In this document: piece by piece, positions 63,188-64,000 of the stretch | How positions within the stretch are numbered: the stretch's first letter is position 1 | Layout: every line of letters begins with the position of its first letter | Source of the DNA: Octopus bimaculoides | Taxonomy: Eukaryota | NCBI RefSeq assembly: GCF_001194135.2 | Contig: NC_068984.1 | Coordinates: 39,105,039 to 39,169,038 of the forward strand | DNA: 64,000 nucleotides | Direction: 5' to 3' | Position numbers and translations under genes: made by a program | The notes under the pieces: generated by a model | Told to the model about the DNA's origin: nothing | Database searches by the model: none | The model's input: the letters and a program-made list of their open reading frames with translations, nothing else

Positions 63188-63486
63188 AACAATTGCAGCG
63201 TGGAAGGTGTTTATAAGCCATTTAAAATAACACACAAAAACCGTTAGATTCACTTCAACATTTAAATTTAATTTGTCAAAATATTTTCGACGCTTTGAGA
63301 CTGCGACCTGTTCACTGACAAAATTCTGTGCTGCATCAAATGCAGCACAGAATTTTGTCAGTGAACAGGTCGCAGTCTCAAAGCGTCGAAAATATTTTGA
63401 CAAATTAAATTTAAATGTTGAAGTGAATCTAACGGTTTTTGTGTGTTATTTTAAATGGCTTATAAACACCTTCCACGCTGCAATTG

Positions 63487-63488
<2 letters not shown>
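63188..63488. ncRNA. Perfect palindrome (149-bp arms, 3-nt loop) with a hammerhead-like motif on each strand (63354-63404 +, 63272-63322 -)
   Basis: Arms are exact reverse complements (identical peptides on both strands in the ORF track). TTTGTCA-GTGAACA-GGTCGC(AGTCTCAAA)GCGTC-GAAAATATTT-TGACAAA. Preceded by a SINE B fragment at 63015-63140. Confidence 0.7.
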
Positions 63489-63520
<32 letters not shown>

Positions 63521-64000
63521 AAATTGAGGGAGTGAAGCAGGTAAAATCCAGGCAACAAATGTTTCCTAGGTAGTAGGTCCTCTGATGTAATAATGGCTCA
63601 ACAAGGGGTACACTCAGCTAGCTACTCGTCAGGGGCCGAAGATACCTTAATCATGTGAAGGTTACATTGTCGTTAAGGAATCGCAAGTTAACTCGCCGAA
63701 GATATAGTTTGAAATTTCAATAAGCTTTTCTGCAATATCGTTTTCTTATCAATTTTTTTTTATGAAGCTCGGAATTTACACATTTTTTTTTCAAAACGAA
63801 TCCCTTTCATTTGTTGACTCTTCTGTCATTAAGAGTAACTGATGTATACTTTTCAATGAGGCTCGTTCGAATAATGCCCCTTGTTACTTTGTCTATTAAC
63901 GCAACGCTTTGGGTTTATCATGCCAAGGGAGATAACTTCAATAGTTTTGGAGTTACCATCCTTTGTCAATTATGAACAGGCGTTCTTAAAACACGGGCAA

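Overview
Eukaryotic, AT-rich, gap-ridden, microsatellite-dense genomic DNA. The SINE/LINE repertoire suggests an octopus (coleoid cephalopod) draft assembly; this is inference. The only recognisable host gene is a CDK4/6-type kinase on the + strand. It has two coding exons (34200-34444 and 62517-62649) joined across a ~28 kb GT-AG intron at positions matching vertebrate CDK6, and it continues beyond the window. The rest is mostly decayed mobile DNA: R4/Dong-like LINE fragments abutting (TAA)n repeats, two RTE-type LINE families, Tc1 and maT-like DNA transposons, three tRNA-derived SINE families, MITE-like fold-backs and microsatellites. The most interesting signal is a set of four minimal type-I hammerhead-ribozyme-like motifs (8914, 14927, 20979, 63361) in small non-coding repeats. 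Two of them lie in long fold-back palindromes. One has a G3-C8 core swap inside a perfect 149-bp-arm palindrome in the CDK4/6 intron, and one sits behind a tRNA-like Pol III head. All ribozyme calls are by-eye motif and pairing matches and are untested. No rRNA, true tRNA or CRISPR array is supported.
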